DNA of 64,000 bases from an uncultured delta proteobacterium. Its GTDB lineage: Bacteria > Desulfobacterota > Zymogenia > Zymogenales > Zymogenaceae. Below are positions 38,773 to 49,381 of this stretch, piece after piece. Under the pieces are notes generated by a model, which searched no databases, was not told where the DNA came from, and saw only the letters and a list, made by a program, of their open reading frames with translations. Location: the NCBI GenBank assembly GCA_963735595.1, contig CAVTLK010000003.1, forward strand, positions 64,001 to 128,000, in the 5' to 3' direction. Positions within the stretch are counted from its first letter, which is position 1, and every line of letters begins with the position of its first letter. The position numbers and the translations under genes are program-made.

Positions 38773-40080
38773 CTACGGCATGGCGGCGCCGTTGCTCTGG
38801 ATCTGGCGCTCTACACGATCGGCCGTTTCCATCCCCTTTTTGTGGTTGACCGTGAGCAGCATCAATCCGCCGCAGATGAAGAAAAATACGATCGATACGA
38901 TAGAAAGCCTACTGCTCCCGGTGAATTGGGCCACCAGCGCGAAGATGAACGGCCCCAGTATCCCGGATACCTTCGAACTGACGTCGTAGAATCCGAAAAA
39001 CTCCGCCGTCTTGCTCTTGGGAACCATCGAGCCGTAGAGGGAGCGGGAGAGCGCCTGGGAACCTCCCTGTACCATTGATACGATGACGGCCATGATCCAG
39101 AAGTGGAGCGCGTTTTGGATGAAGTATCCTCCGATGGCGATCCCGGTGTAGATGACCAGCGAGATCAGTATGCCGGTCTTGGGGGATAGGCGACCGGCGA
39201 TCCTTCCAAAAAGGAGGGTAAACGGGATGCCAAGGAACTGGACGGCCAGGATCGCCCCGATGAGGTCGGTCTGGGCGATACCGATTTCCGAGCCGAAGAC
39301 CGTCGCCATCACGATAATCGTCCCGATGCCGTCATTGTAGAGCCAAAAGGCGATCAGCATCTTGAATGTCTCTTTGAAGTTCCTTACCTCGGCGAAGGTC
39401 TTTGCCAGCCGCTGAAAACCGGCCGCCACGGGATTGCGATATTCCCCTTTGATGATAGTGACCGGGGGTTCCGGGACGTTGAGCATGACCGGCAGCGTGA
39501 AGACCGCCCACCAGATCCCGACAGTCAGAAACGAGATACGCGACCCCCACTCGGCGTTCGCGATGCCGAAGAGCTCCGGCTTCATGATCATGGCGAGATT
39601 GAGGGCTAACAGGATACCCCCTCCCAGGTAACCGAGGGCGTATCCCTGGGTTGACACCGTATCGATGCGGTCGCCTGCAATGTGCGGGAGGAGGGAGTCA
39701 TTGAAAATGATTGAGCTGGTAAACGAGATGCTCCCGAGGATATAGAAGAGAGAGGCCAGCATCCAGTCGCCAGTGGACACCACCACCAGCAGCGCCGCCG
39801 CGATTGACCCGGTCAGCGCGAAGAAACCCATGAACCGCTTGCGTGCCCCGGTATGGTCGGCAATGGCGCCGAGAATGGGGGCGAGGATCGCCCCCGTGAT
39901 CATCGCGATGGAAACGGTATATCCCCAATAGGCCGATGCGATATTCGGCTTCAGGTCGGCCCCGGCGACCTTGCTGAAGAAGGTCGGCAGGACGGCCGCC
40001 ATGATTGTCGTCGCAAAGGCGGAATTTGCCCAGTCGTACATGCACCAGCTGAAAATGACTTTTCTATTGGATTTCATCAC
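38773..40080 (-). CDS. MFS transporter, UMF1/Atg22-like family
   Basis: SWCMYDWANSAF, GYALGYLGG, YNDGIGT, QGGSQALSRS, EFFGFY. Confidence 0.9.
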   Translation of the reverse strand: MMKSNRKVIFSWCMYDWANSAFATTIMAAVLPTFFSKVAGADLKPNIASAYWGYTVSIAMITGAILAPILGAIADHTGARKRFMGFFALTGSIAAALLVVVSTGDWMLASLFYILGSISFTSSIIFNDSLLPHIAGDRIDTVSTQGYALGYLGGGILLALNLAMIMKPELFGIANAEWGSRISFLTVGIWWAVFTLPVMLNVPEPPVTIIKGEYRNPVAAGFQRLAKTFAEVRNFKETFKMLIAFWLYNDGIGTIIVMATVFGSEIGIAQTDLIGAILAVQFLGIPFTLLFGRIAGRLSPKTGILISLVIYTGIAIGGYFIQNALHFWIMAVIVSMVQGGSQALSRSLYGSMVPKSKTAEFFGFYDVSSKVSGILGPFIFALVAQFTGSSRLSIVSIVFFFICGGLMLLTVNHKKGMETADRVERQIQSNGAAMP

Positions 40081-40208
40081 CCCTCTCCTTATTAGCTATA
40101 ATGAAAAATTGTACGGTATATCATCCCTGTTTTCAAGGTAAATGATGCGAACCCGGCCAAAAGGGAGTTGACAGACGGGGTGATGCGTCATAAGATGAGC
40201 CCGATACG

Positions 40209-41051
40209 ATGAAAACACTCTGGAAATTTACCCTTCATCCGAAGGGGGGGGTCGACCTCGCCCCGCTGGCAGCCGACGGCAGGCTGTATGCCCTGGCCGA
40301 TTATTCCGTATGGGCCCTTAATTTACGATGGGGCTTCTGTTATTACAGACAACCCATTCTCGGTTCCTGGGCCAGGTTCCTTTTCCCCGAGCAGGGATGG
40401 ATAAAACGGTTTATTGAACACCGGGGGCTGCTCTACGTCATGGCGGCCGATAGATTTGGCCGCGTCAAACCGGTTGTTTTTGATCCCGAAAAACGGCAGC
40501 TGATCGAGGCCGATCCCGGGCCCCTGTCTCGGGGGGTCAAATTTATCTTCACCTCCGGTGTCAAGGTCGAGCGGTGTTATCTCGATGGGAGATTTCGGGA
40601 GGGGATCAGCGCTTACCTCCACCATGAAAAAACGCTCCTCTGGAACAGCACCGACCGGCTTCGGCCCGCCATAAAATATACCGAGGTCATGGGCGACATC
40701 CTGCAGGTGAACGATACGATCGTCGTCTGCCAGAATTACTTTTCAAGAAGGCGCCATATGCCCGCCGGTTACTCTATCACTGCGTTCCATCATCGGACCG
40801 GAGCTACCGTCTGGAACATAGAATCGTATACCTACACCCACCGGTTGTTCCCGTTTGCTGTCGTCGGGGACAACATGTATATAACCGGGGGCGGGCATAA
40901 GGACGGTTTTTTCAGAAAGATCGATCTGGCCGGCGGTAAAACGCTGGTCAATGAGCCGTTTGATCCCGTCGATTCCGGGGTCGCCCACCACGGTGGTATA
41001 TTCTATTTCGGCGCCGGGGGGCAGGTTATCGCCCTCACGGAGGATGAGTAA
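40209..41051 (+). CDS. hypothetical beta-propeller-like (PQQ-repeat-like) protein
   Basis: repeated beta-rich units such as AFHHRTGATVW, IDLAGGKTL, GIFYFGAGGQVIAL. Confidence 0.55.
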   Translation: MKTLWKFTLHPKGGVDLAPLAADGRLYALADYSVWALNLRWGFCYYRQPILGSWARFLFPEQGWIKRFIEHRGLLYVMAADRFGRVKPVVFDPEKRQLIEADPGPLSRGVKFIFTSGVKVERCYLDGRFREGISAYLHHEKTLLWNSTDRLRPAIKYTEVMGDILQVNDTIVVCQNYFSRRRHMPAGYSITAFHHRTGATVWNIESYTYTHRLFPFAVVGDNMYITGGGHKDGFFRKIDLAGGKTLVNEPFDPVDSGVAHHGGIFYFGAGGQVIALTEDE

Positions 41052-41080
41052 GAAAGACGGCAATTAGCCGATAGATAAAC

Positions 41081-41110
41081 GACGGGCGCGGGATTTCTCC
41101 CGCGCCCGTC
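41081..41110. terminator. hairpin between convergent genes
   Basis: GACGGGCGCGGGA-TTTC-TCCCGCGCCCGTC. Confidence 0.75.
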
Positions 41111-41135
41111 CTATTGTAACACCACGGAGTTTCGG

Positions 41136-41828
41136 CTATATCCAGCCGAGGATTCCCATGAACAGGATCAGGCAGACGATGTCTATGGCGTACATCGTCG
41201 AGACGACGGCGATCTTCTTTTTCATGGAAGGCATGTCGTATACCCAGAAGGAGAAGAACATATAGAGCGAATATCCGATGATGATGATGAGGATCGGGTT
41301 ATACCAGTTCCACCACCAGTATTCCCAGATCAGTGCGTCCCACCGGTTGAGACCGATCTCGGTGACGACACAGAGGATAGCGTTCACGAAGGCGAACAAA
41401 ACCCGGTTGGGTATGCCCATGATTTTCAGCTTCTTATTCTTGGGGAGCACCTTGGCAAAGACGATCCCCATGAACGCGAACATCAGGGTAATCTCAATGT
41501 TGAGACCCACGGTGATGAGAAGGGCGCTGTCGGCGGGGGCAGTCCAGATCGCCGAATGTCCGTGGAAATAGAGGAAGAGCGCGTTGAGGATTTCCAGGAA
41601 CCATTCCAGGCCCCAGAAGGCTAATCCTGCCATCAGGACGTTCCAGTTCTTCTTCTCGATTTCGGTGAAATAGATATAGAAGACGAGAAGATAAATGGGG
41701 ACGAGATACCACTGGAAGAGATCAAGACTCCTCAAATTGGCGATTGCCAGGTTGGTCGCGTCCGTGTAGGTCGGGTCGGGCATCAGTCCGATCGCCCGTG
41801 AACCTGCCCCCAAAAGGATCGAGTTCAT
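41136..41828 (-). CDS. conserved hypothetical integral membrane protein
   Basis: about 6 TM helices, GGAGG RBS, GC3-biased codon usage. Confidence 0.75.
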   Translation of the reverse strand: MNSILLGAGSRAIGLMPDPTYTDATNLAIANLRSLDLFQWYLVPIYLLVFYIYFTEIEKKNWNVLMAGLAFWGLEWFLEILNALFLYFHGHSAIWTAPADSALLITVGLNIEITLMFAFMGIVFAKVLPKNKKLKIMGIPNRVLFAFVNAILCVVTEIGLNRWDALIWEYWWWNWYNPILIIIIGYSLYMFFSFWVYDMPSMKKKIAVVSTMYAIDIVCLILFMGILGWI

Positions 41829-41907
41829 ACCACACCTCCTATAATTAGTTTCTCCCCCTGGCGCATCGGTCTGTCGCGGGCCCTTCGATGTTGAAGCGAT
41901 ACGCCGA

Positions 41908-42996
41908 TTACTTTAACATGAGATCGTCCTTAAGACGCATCATGAAATTCTCGGTTTCAAGGTCGATCGGCCCCGGCAAGCGGTATCCGGCCGACATATC
42001 GCCGGTCAGGAGAATCGGCGGAGTTTCGATAAGGTCACCATCGAGATAGGGCCCCGAATCGCCGACGGTATTGGCAAGACGATTCGCGTTGGAGACGGCC
42101 GCGATGCGTTCGGGCGTAAGGAAGAAATCGACGAAGAGGCGGGCGGCGTCGGCATTTTCGGAGGCCGCGGGAATAACCCACACCAGGAGCCATAACGCCG
42201 TCCCCGATGCCGGAACGGCATATTCCAACTCGTCCCTATTGCTCACGGCTGACATCGCCGATGAGCTGTCGATATATGCGACATAGGATGAGCCATCAAC
42301 CAGGTGATCTATAATCTCGGAGACCTGGAAATATCCGCGCGCGACCTTTCGCTGCTCGTAGAGGAGGTCGGCCGCCCGGTTGAGGGTATCCGTATCGGCC
42401 TCGCCGAGGGCGGCGCCGAGGTCCCGAAGCGCCGCCTCCAGCACCAGCCGAATGTCGTCCGGCATGTCGATCTTACCGGAGAAAGTATGGTCGAATAATA
42501 TTCCCCATTCAACGACCGGGTCCGTTACGACGTTCCGGTTGACCACGATCCCGAAGGTCCCCCAGAGAAACGGAACGCAAAAAACGCCGTTGGGATCGAA
42601 GGGGACGGTGGAAAAGGGAGAGGAAACGGCGGCGCTGTTTGGAATCGACGCCCGGTCTATCTCGGCCAACGATCCCTGGTCGATCAAAAGGGGCAGCAGC
42701 AGGGAATCGATGAGGGCAAGGTCGAAGCTGCCGTCGGCTACCGTGAGGTCCGGGTAATCGGTCGGGTCGGCGATAACGACCGTAATCCCGGTTTGGGTCA
42801 TGAATTCGGTGACGAGCGCTTCGGGAAGGTATTGGGGTCTGCAGAGGACCGAAAGGATTAGCCCTACGGGCTGCGCCATCCGGCCGGCGTCTTCGACGGG
42901 CTGCTCGGCAGTATGCGACGGCGGGGGTGTTTGTTTTCCCTGGGAACATCCGAGACCGAGCATGAGAACGACGACCAGGGCCGCCAGCGCGGGCAT
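41908..42996 (-). CDS. PotD/PotF-like polyamine ABC substrate-binding lipoprotein (divergent; start uncertain)
   Basis: LGLGC lipobox; EFMTQTGITV, FDPNG.FCVPFLWGTFGIVVN, A..FVDFFL.PE. Confidence 0.8.
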   Translation of the reverse strand: MPALAALVVVLMLGLGCSQGKQTPPPSHTAEQPVEDAGRMAQPVGLILSVLCRPQYLPEALVTEFMTQTGITVVIADPTDYPDLTVADGSFDLALIDSLLLPLLIDQGSLAEIDRASIPNSAAVSSPFSTVPFDPNGVFCVPFLWGTFGIVVNRNVVTDPVVEWGILFDHTFSGKIDMPDDIRLVLEAALRDLGAALGEADTDTLNRAADLLYEQRKVARGYFQVSEIIDHLVDGSSYVAYIDSSSAMSAVSNRDELEYAVPASGTALWLLVWVIPAASENADAARLFVDFFLTPERIAAVSNANRLANTVGDSGPYLDGDLIETPPILLTGDMSAGYRLPGPIDLETENFMMRLKDDLMLK

Positions 42997-43259
42997 CGGT
43001 GACAGGATACGGGGGGCCGGTTCCCGTGCGGCTGAAAACGGACCCGAAAGGCCGTTGCCCGTTCGGACCGGGTCAACGACCCACGTGCGGGATGAGAGCC
43101 CAGTCGTATCTTTCGCCGGCAGCCGCGCGTATATCGGTTAAGGGGAAACATTTTACAGGAGAATTCTACCAGATATGATAGAATTATGACAAGAAAAAAG
43201 ACAGCCGCTATTTAATATGCATGAAACGGCTCTTTTCGAGGTTGTTTGCGGGCAGCGGG

Positions 43260-43696
43260 ATGAATGACGGGATTCTCATCGGCGTCGGAGCCCTCATCGA
43301 GGACGGACAGGGCGGTGTTCTTCTGGTCAGACACAGGCCCGAGCGGGGCGGTTTCTGGCGCGGGACATGGATTCTGCCGGGGGGCATGCTCCGCGGTCGG
43401 GGAGACGATCGACGATGGTATCGTGCGGGAGGTTGCCGAGGAGACGGGACTGACCGTCGAAGTCGTGGACTCGGAGATCGATCCGACCGAGCGGATCGTC
43501 CGCGAAGACGGGCGGGTGACGCTGCACGTCGTCTATATCGTCCGGCGGGCGCGCGTGCTCGGGGGAGATCGTCGCGCCCGGCAGCGACGTGGGGGAGGCG
43601 ATATGGGCGAATCAAGATAAGATCGCGGAGATACGGGCCGAGATTCACCCGGATACGATCAGGATATTGGAGTTGTACGGGATCGAATGTAGATAG
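43260..43696 (+). CDS. NUDIX hydrolase (frameshifts near 43390 and 43570)
   Basis: W.LPGG...GET..DG..REVAEETGL Nudix box split across ORFs 43221-43775 and 43264-43620. Confidence 0.8.
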
Positions 43697-43787
43697 AAAT
43701 AGTATTACGAGAAGCCAATCGTATTACTGGCTCCAGTTAAAGCAAGTAACCTTCCTAAAAAACGCAGGGTTTTAGAGGTAGACGGTA

Positions 43788-45278
43788 ATGTGTCAATACT
43801 TGACAAATTATCAGGTAAGTTGGGACGACTTAAGGCATCTTTCCAGAACATATAAATGCCCCCACGAGGCTATTTTCCCGCCGGATGAGTCAGGAAAAGA
43901 ATACTGCATATTCCACAGTGAACAGGAAGATAAGGACGTTAAGTTATTCTATGATGAGTTTAAAAAACTCTATGTATCAGGTGATCATAAGTTTGTTGGT
44001 TTTGTATTCCCCGAAGGACTCGACTTATCTCAGTTAGGTTCCGACCTTCATAAACCAATCATCTTTATTAATGCATCTTTCGCGAGAGCTGTCTTCTGCT
44101 GTAATACAAATTTCCTTAACTGTACTTTTAAAGGTGAGGATCAAACTACATTCTATGGTGCGAAGTTCAAAAATGAGGGGACTACATCTTTCTCCTATGC
44201 ATGGTTCCAAGGTAAACGAGAGACCGTATTCGTTAGGGCAGAATTCTTAAGCAAAGGTGGTACCGATTTTAACTTTACTGAGTTCAAGAGTTGTGGAAGG
44301 ACTATATTTGACCTTGCAACATTCTCATCCTGCGGCGCAATCAGTTTTATGAGAACCCAATTCTCGTCGCAAGGTGGAACCAGTTTCAATGGTACAAGTT
44401 TCTCGAGCGATAAACACATCTCGTTTAATAACACCCGATTCCTAGGTGATGGTAAGGTCATCTTCCGGGAAGAGACATTCGTTAGTGAAACAGACGTGGA
44501 TTTTATGAATGTCTTCTTCGAATATCCGGAGCGGGTAACGTTTGACGGGGTTAATCTGAATCGAGTCCGTTTTCTAGAGACAAGCTTGAAGGATATGAAC
44601 TTGGGTGAGATCTGGTGGAAAAACAGGAAATACGGAAGAAGCAGACCCAAGAAGAGGAACATGGTTTTCGACGAGGAGTTTCAGACTGGGACGGTTTATC
44701 AGTTTCTCAGGTGGTTAAAGGGAATTATTAGAAGCGGTGTGGAACTGAAGGAATCGATCCTGCTTAAGAAGCTTCGAATTATCAAGAGCGGAACAGGAGG
44801 CAACCATTATAACGTTCACCGCCTATATAACGACCTCCGCTTGAATTACGAGAGAACGGGTAGGTACCATGAGGCCGGGGATTTCTTTATCGGGGCGATG
44901 GAGATGCGTAGGTGCGGGAATTTCGAAAAACCACTCATCCGTGTCCTACTCCATTTCTATCGAATCTTTTCCTTCTACGGCGAGCGGCCCGCGCAGGCAT
45001 TTGTGTGGCTTTTCGGTTTGTGGGTGGGCTTTGCGTTTATCTACTCGTGGATAGGAATATTGTATCCGGCGCAGGGAGTCGGATACATTAAAGACCTCCT
45101 AAACGGCCTTATGATCAGCCTCGATGTGCTCGCCCTCGGAAAGATGAGGCCGTTCTATGATGTTATAAATAGGCCGATAATACCCGCCATCAAGGCGGTC
45201 GAGACGATCTTCGGCGCACTGTTCCTTTCTCTCTTCCTTCTTGCCATGAATAGGAAGTTCAGGAGAACGAAGGACTAA
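43788..45278 (+). CDS. pentapeptide-repeat protein with C-terminal ion-channel-like TM module
   Basis: YCIFH, repeated F..A.F units, YHEAGDFFIGAMEMRR, YGERP followed by TM-loop-TM; AT-rich. Confidence 0.8.
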   Translation: MCQYLTNYQVSWDDLRHLSRTYKCPHEAIFPPDESGKEYCIFHSEQEDKDVKLFYDEFKKLYVSGDHKFVGFVFPEGLDLSQLGSDLHKPIIFINASFARAVFCCNTNFLNCTFKGEDQTTFYGAKFKNEGTTSFSYAWFQGKRETVFVRAEFLSKGGTDFNFTEFKSCGRTIFDLATFSSCGAISFMRTQFSSQGGTSFNGTSFSSDKHISFNNTRFLGDGKVIFREETFVSETDVDFMNVFFEYPERVTFDGVNLNRVRFLETSLKDMNLGEIWWKNRKYGRSRPKKRNMVFDEEFQTGTVYQFLRWLKGIIRSGVELKESILLKKLRIIKSGTGGNHYNVHRLYNDLRLNYERTGRYHEAGDFFIGAMEMRRCGNFEKPLIRVLLHFYRIFSFYGERPAQAFVWLFGLWVGFAFIYSWIGILYPAQGVGYIKDLLNGLMISLDVLALGKMRPFYDVINRPIIPAIKAVETIFGALFLSLFLLAMNRKFRRTKD

Positions 45279-45352
45279 AGGTGCTTTCCTAAGGACTAAT
45301 AAACACTTTCAGGACGATCGTGTTATCCCTACTAAACAAAAAAGCTACCCAC

Positions 45353-45440
45353 CGTCATTGCGAGGAGCGATCCTGCCGAAGCCGCGAGGAGCGTAAGCGA
45401 CGTGGCGGGACGCGGCAATCCCCTGACTGTCACCGGGAAC
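45353..45440. repeat. family B palindromic repeat with nested insert
   Basis: CGTCATTGCGAGGAGC...GCAATCCCCTGACTGTCACCGGGAAC; flanks match the 4033-4086 copy. Confidence 0.8.
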
Positions 45441-45485
45441 CCTGACTAATATAAGTTGCTCATTGCAGCGCCGGAATTATACTCT

Positions 45486-45683
45486 TTATACGATGTCGTC
45501 GTTAAGGTCCCTCCATTCCACATTAAAACCGTCGAAAAGAAGATCCTTCTTCTTCCTCGACCCCGCCTTAAGTTGTTTTTCCCTTAGTATTGCCGCCTCC
45601 GCGCTTTCGACGGTTTCGAAATAGACCAGCTTTGAGACGTTATATGCCTTGGTAAATACTTTTACGAGTTTCTTTTTGTGTTC
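45486..45683 (-). pseudogene. 5'-truncated GIY-YIG (UPF0213/COG2827-like) nuclease remnant
   Basis: own translation: EHKKKLVKVFTKAYNVSKLVYFETVESAEAAILREKQLKAGSRKKKDLLFDGFNVEWRDLNDDIV*; no start codon and no GIY-YIG N-terminus. Confidence 0.8.
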
Positions 45684-45721
45684 AGAATCGCGCCTTTCCC
45701 GATTCGACGGGCGGATCGTTG

Positions 45722-46273
45722 TTATTCATCTATTTTTTTAAAAAGCTCCATTATCAGGACAAACGCCTCGGGATCGTACAGCAGCAGTCGGATGGAGACG
45801 CCGTCGGAGGTCTTAAGCATGAGTGTATCGCCCCCGATGAAAGCCGCCTTGTGGCTGAGATGGTCAATCTCCGAAAGCGGTGCCAGCGCCCGTGGCTCGG
45901 CGCCCCACAGGGCCAAGTCGGTGACGACAACCGCATCGCCGGGGCGCAGGGGCCGGGAGGGGATACCGCGCCACCAGAGGAACTGCTCGTTGGTGACCAT
46001 CGCGTATCCGCGGCGTACCGAGAGGGCGCGCCGCGCGCGCGAAATCACCACCGCCTGTCCGGGGGCGGGAGGAGTAAACGGCGGCGCCCCGGCTTCCCGC
46101 GCGCTATGGGCCAAAGAGCGCCGGGCACCCCAGACCCACAGGGCGCCCCAGATGATGAGGATTGGCGCGGCAAGCAGTGCGGCCGGCTGCCGGTGGAAAA
46201 ACCAGCTGACGCCGGCGATGATCGCGCCTACGAAAAACGGGAGACCGACCTTCCACGGGGGAGCCTGTTTCAT
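45722..46273 (-). CDS. hypothetical membrane protein
   Basis: two N-terminal TM helices followed by a PH-like soluble region. Confidence 0.6.
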   Translation of the reverse strand: MKQAPPWKVGLPFFVGAIIAGVSWFFHRQPAALLAAPILIIWGALWVWGARRSLAHSAREAGAPPFTPPAPGQAVVISRARRALSVRRGYAMVTNEQFLWWRGIPSRPLRPGDAVVVTDLALWGAEPRALAPLSEIDHLSHKAAFIGGDTLMLKTSDGVSIRLLLYDPEAFVLIMELFKKIDE

Positions 46274-46495
46274 TGTCACCTATCCGAAGTGGTTCGTCGC
46301 TACTCTATCACACGTAAGTGCGCTTTTCGACGGGAAGATATGTTCGAAGGCGGGCCGAGCTATTTGTAAAATCCGTCTCTAAAGACGCTGCCGGCGGTGT
46401 GTGCCGGGACACTAAAAAACTAGAGTTCCCGTCAGTCGGGAGATTTCGTAACCGGACGGAAATCAGTGCAGAATACTACGGATCGGCCGTGGGTG

Positions 46496-49381
46496 CTATT
46501 GTGCCAGAAACTCATCGAGCATCCTGTATACGGCTTCGATCTTAAATGGTTTAACGATGCACTTGCTGCCTGTAACCTCGAGGAAGGCTTGTGTGTCCTC
46601 GCCCAGGGTATCTCCGGTAATGAAAAGTATCTTTTTTGCCTTCTCGGGATAGCTGTTAAGTATATGAGCGTATAGCTGCCTTCCCTCCATGCCCGGCATT
46701 TTCATATCCATGATGATCGCATCGAAGCTCTCCGCCTCGATCAACGGCAGGGCCTCCTGGCCGGATGACGATGTTTCCACGATATATCCTTCCATTGACA
46801 GGGCAATACTCAGCATCTCCCTGATAGACCCCTCGTCGTCAACCACGAGGATCCTTTTACCCGCGTGCCCGGTGCTCTTGTCTTCTGCCGTTTCAACTTC
46901 CTCGTGCCGACCGCTCACTACGGGGATGCTCACCGTGAACTTCGTTCCTTTCCCCTGTTCGCTTTCCACGTCGATCTTCCCGCCGTGTTCTTCTATGATG
47001 CCGTACGACATGGAAAGACCCAGGCCCGTGCCTTTCCCGACTTCCTTGGTGGTGAAAAAGGGATCGAAGATCTTCTTGATATTCTTTTTAGCAATCCCCG
47101 GTCCGTCATCCTCAAACTCGATACGCAGGATATCACGCTTCCCGGCGGAGCGGGTCGTCAAGGTGCCTCCATTCTTATCTCTCAGCGCATCGCAGGCGTT
47201 ATTGATGATATTGGTAAAGACCTGCTGGAGTTGATATGGATCGGCGTATGTCGGCGGCAGGTCTCCGGCCAGGGATAGCCGCAGCTCGATATTGGACACT
47301 TTGAGGTTGTACTCTCTGAGCTTATATGATTCTCTAATGATGTCGTTGATATTGACCATCTTGCGTTCCTGTTTGTGTTCTCGTGCGAACGTCAACAGGC
47401 CGCTCACGATCTTTGCAGCCCTTTCCGATTCTTTGAATATGACTTCCGATGATTTAATGACTCTTTCGGGCAGCGTCTTATTCATAAACATAAGCTCGGC
47501 GTTGCCCATGATTGCCGTTAGTGGATTGTTCAGTTCGTGGGCAACCCCCGAGATCATCGTCCCCAACCCCGATAGTTTCTCCGCCTGAATAAGCTGCTGT
47601 TCCAGCGTTTTCCGTTCGCTGATATCCTTAACGAAGAGCAGGACGCTCGGCTCGTTCTCCCAGGTGATCCTGGAGCCGATGACCTCGATCCAGCGTATGT
47701 TTCCCTTGCGGTCGAATATACGGTACGTGATAGATCGGGGGACTTCCTTGCCCGAAAGGGCGTCCATGTGCTGGCGCATGACCATTTCCCGGTCGTCCGG
47801 GTGAATCAATTCGATAAAGGGCCGCATTTTCAGCTCTTCTTCCGTATATCCAAGCTCCCTAACCGCCAGGGGATTAATGAACTTCATATGGGTAGCCTGC
47901 GAGACTATTATTCCCTCGTCCGCGTTTTCTACGACGAGCCGGTACCTTTCCTCCGATTCTCTCAGGGCCTCTTCCGCCCGATTGCGCTCGGTGATGTCCC
48001 TTCCGATGCCGTGGATCTCCACGATGCGGCCGCCGTCCGTGATGTCTTTCTCATTAACCTCAAAGATCCTTGCTTTGTTGTCGGCTCCGATAAGCTCGAC
48101 TTCAAAGCTCCTTTGCTCATTGTCCGATCCTTGTTTATCGAACAGACCTTCGAGATTGCCGTATAAGCGGGGATATATAATCTCTTTAAAGTTTCTTTGT
48201 TTGCAGTCTTCAAGGGAATTTCCGATATGTTTCGCGAGAGTGCTATTGGCATACTTAAAATTCCTGTTCATGTCCAATACGTAGACGATATCGCCTATCT
48301 CTTCGACGTGTTCCCGGTATCGTCGTTCGGACTCCCTGAGTTTTTCCCGGGCATTTTTCTGCTCGGTGATGTCTCGTATCATGATCAGATGGCCGCGCGG
48401 CCGATCATAGCGGTCAGCCAGAGGAGAAATATCGAAGTTGAAGACCCGTGCCGTATCCCGATCGACCGCTAGTTCAAGGTTCTGCACCGGGAGGAGGCCC
48501 GGACGCCTCACGGGCAGCGGCAATGACCCAAAAACCGATTCCGCGTCCTTGCCGATGCACGCATTCGTTACCCCAAGGAAACGCCGCGCCGCAGGGTTCA
48601 GGTCAATCACTCTGTTCGTTGTATCGAGCACGACAACTCCTTCGGTGATGTTTTCGATAAGGAGGTCTCGTGCTATGGGGACGATTTCAAATAACCGGGT
48701 ACGAAAAACGCTCCAAAGATAAATGAAGCCGACAATCGTAAAGGAAAAGGGGGATAGATCCATCCCGGGTGCCGGGCTATTACCGCTGACATAGATGATA
48801 TTAGCGATCCACGGTATGGCTACTCCCAACATGAGTGGAGCTGTTTGCTTCCGGTAGAGCCGCGGGTATTTGGCGATTGACCGAATAAGCAGGAAGGAGC
48901 CCGCGAAGAGGGTCACGTACGAATAAGAGACGACGAGCCAGAACCAGGGGCCGTGATGATACATCAGGAAATCGTTACCGCCCGATGCTCCCGGCGTGAT
49001 ACTGCTCCATAGGAGCCGATGCCGCTCATTGGTGAAGGCCATCAGGACGGTTACTATCGGTATTACCCAGAGCAAGCCGAGGACTTTCCCGGTAATCCAC
49101 TCGTCCTGGTTGCTGAAACGCGCCGAAAAAAGGAGCCACAGAATCCCCACGGAGCCGATGCCTATATATTCGAATTCGGCCCAGAGTATTTTTGCCCAGG
49201 TCTCGACCGCCATCACTTCAAGGGCCTGAAACGAAGTCCAGGCCAGTATAGCCAGCATGAGAAATGCGAACGCGGTCACCCCGGGGATTGATCTGCGGCG
49301 CCAGGCAAAATAACAGAAGAGGGCCGCAAAAAGTGCGTTGGCAAGGTAGGCGGCAGCGTATGAAGGGAAGTGCCAGGTCAT
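46496..49381 (-). CDS. hybrid sensor histidine kinase (HisKA_7TM, 3 PAS, HisKA, HATPase, REC)
   Basis: 7 TM N-terminus with TNERH.LLW; GVAHELNNPL; DDGPGI..FDPFFTTK..GTGLGL; C-terminal LVVDDE..MDMKMP..KPF. Confidence 0.95.
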   Translation of the reverse strand: MTWHFPSYAAAYLANALFAALFCYFAWRRRSIPGVTAFAFLMLAILAWTSFQALEVMAVETWAKILWAEFEYIGIGSVGILWLLFSARFSNQDEWITGKVLGLLWVIPIVTVLMAFTNERHRLLWSSITPGASGGNDFLMYHHGPWFWLVVSYSYVTLFAGSFLLIRSIAKYPRLYRKQTAPLMLGVAIPWIANIIYVSGNSPAPGMDLSPFSFTIVGFIYLWSVFRTRLFEIVPIARDLLIENITEGVVVLDTTNRVIDLNPAARRFLGVTNACIGKDAESVFGSLPLPVRRPGLLPVQNLELAVDRDTARVFNFDISPLADRYDRPRGHLIMIRDITEQKNAREKLRESERRYREHVEEIGDIVYVLDMNRNFKYANSTLAKHIGNSLEDCKQRNFKEIIYPRLYGNLEGLFDKQGSDNEQRSFEVELIGADNKARIFEVNEKDITDGGRIVEIHGIGRDITERNRAEEALRESEERYRLVVENADEGIIVSQATHMKFINPLAVRELGYTEEELKMRPFIELIHPDDREMVMRQHMDALSGKEVPRSITYRIFDRKGNIRWIEVIGSRITWENEPSVLLFVKDISERKTLEQQLIQAEKLSGLGTMISGVAHELNNPLTAIMGNAELMFMNKTLPERVIKSSEVIFKESERAAKIVSGLLTFAREHKQERKMVNINDIIRESYKLREYNLKVSNIELRLSLAGDLPPTYADPYQLQQVFTNIINNACDALRDKNGGTLTTRSAGKRDILRIEFEDDGPGIAKKNIKKIFDPFFTTKEVGKGTGLGLSMSYGIIEEHGGKIDVESEQGKGTKFTVSIPVVSGRHEEVETAEDKSTGHAGKRILVVDDEGSIREMLSIALSMEGYIVETSSSGQEALPLIEAESFDAIIMDMKMPGMEGRQLYAHILNSYPEKAKKILFITGDTLGEDTQAFLEVTGSKCIVKPFKIEAVYRMLDEFLAQ

